Assembly: GCF_018977255.1 (NCBI RefSeq)
Contig: NW_024704743.1
Span: 105,960,001-106,024,000, forward strand
Source of the DNA: Callorhinchus milii
Taxonomy: Eukaryota
Direction of reading: 5' to 3'
Length of the DNA stretch: 64,000 bases
Shown: piece after piece, positions 62,980-64,000 of the stretch
Numbering within the stretch: position 1 is the stretch's first letter
Layout of the letters: every line of letters begins with the position of its first letter
The notes under the pieces: generated by a model
Told to the model about the DNA's origin: nothing
Databases searched by the model: none
What the model saw: the letters and a program-made list of their open reading frames with translations, nothing else
Made by a program: the position numbers and the translations under genes

Positions 62980-64000
62980 ACAACAATAACAAAATTACAT
63001 TTGCACAGCACTTTTCACAACGGGAGGACATCCCAAAGCGCTGGACAATCAGTGTTTTGGACCTGAGCTGGGGGTCGGGAATGGGGAGGATGGAGGGCAG
63101 CAGGGCAAGCAGGGTGATCGAAATCCTGCTCAAAATCGCTGTATCTTACAGCAGGTTTTACTCTGATCTAAAGGATAGCATAATAACACAATAAGACGTC
63201 TCATAATTGAGTCATCTTGAAGTTGTGATAAGGCGCTATATCAAATGCAAGGATTATTATTATTATAAAACCCATAAATAACCTTTACACAGTTGAAGAG
63301 GAGAGTCTTGAGATGGTCTTGAAGGAGGCAAGAAAGAGGGCGAAGCGGAGAGAGTGCTGGATAGAGTTCCAGGGGGTGGGGGCAGTCCAGAAGGCCCACC
63401 TGCCAATTGTGGGATGGGCGAGGCGGGGGATGGGAAGCAGGCTGGAGCCCACTGAGCGGAGGGAGCGGGCAGGATGGTGGTGAGTTAGGAGGTCGTAGAG
63501 GTAGTGGGGAACAGGACCATGGAGAATTTTGAAGGTGAGGACTAGGATCTTGAACTGTATCCTCTGTGTGATCAGAAGCCAGTGGAGTCGGACGAGGATG
63601 GGGGGTGATAGGATCACGAAGCCTGGTGCGGGAGAGGACACGGAACTGCAGAGATCTGGATGATCTGTAGCCTATGGAGGGAGGAGTTGGGGAGGCCGAC
63701 AAGCAAGGAGTTTGCATAGTCAAGCCTGGATATTATGAATGTGTGTGTGAGGGTTTCGGGTTTCGGCGGCCTGCGGTGTGATATAGTGGCGGAGCCGGGC
63801 GATGTTGGAGGAAGGCAGAGCGGGTCGTGGCGCAGATGTGGGGTAGAAAGGATAGTTGAGGGTCAAACAAGACCCCAAGGTTCCGGACTGGCTTAGCAAG
63901 GTAGAGTGTGTATGCATCCATGGAAGGTGATGCTGTCAGCGCCTGAGGTGTGGAGGCTCTGACAGGAGCCGATCAGGAGAGCCTCGGTGTTGTTGAAAGT
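62980..64000 (-). mobile_element. L2 LINE, interrupted at ~63120-63287 and running off the window end
   Basis: Minus-strand LHWLLITQRIQFKILVLTFKILHG and PVRNLGVLFDPQLSF; tail at 62980-63050. Confidence 0.9.

Noticed and set aside
1..64000. CRISPR array, operon or prokaryotic defence system
   Set aside because: Eukaryotic intron-containing, retroelement-rich DNA with no regularly spaced repeat-spacer array.

Overview
Vertebrate genomic DNA, most likely from a cartilaginous fish (inferred from the repeat families and the Sox17 sequence). I can support one intact protein-coding gene, sox17: a two-exon SoxF HMG-box factor on the + strand (CDS join 16384..16699,17277..18205; 414 aa). It lies in a ~10 kb CpG-retaining, repeat-poor domain rich in candidate Wnt/endoderm regulatory motifs. 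The rest is intergenic DNA full of dead mobile elements: L2, CR1 and Tx1/L1 LINE fragments, two SINE families sharing an L2-like 3' stem-loop (a Deu-domain SINE and a tRNA-Ala/CORE SINE), and Gypsy, piggyBac and Penelope-like relics. Most short ORFs in the track are spurious or repeat-derived. I found no convincing new protein-coding system. The best leads are non-coding: a perfect 21-bp hairpin between 17-bp direct repeats, SINE module shuffling with tail-loop matching to L2, a TCF-motif excess upstream of sox17, and several templated local duplications. Repeat boundaries were read by eye and are approximate.
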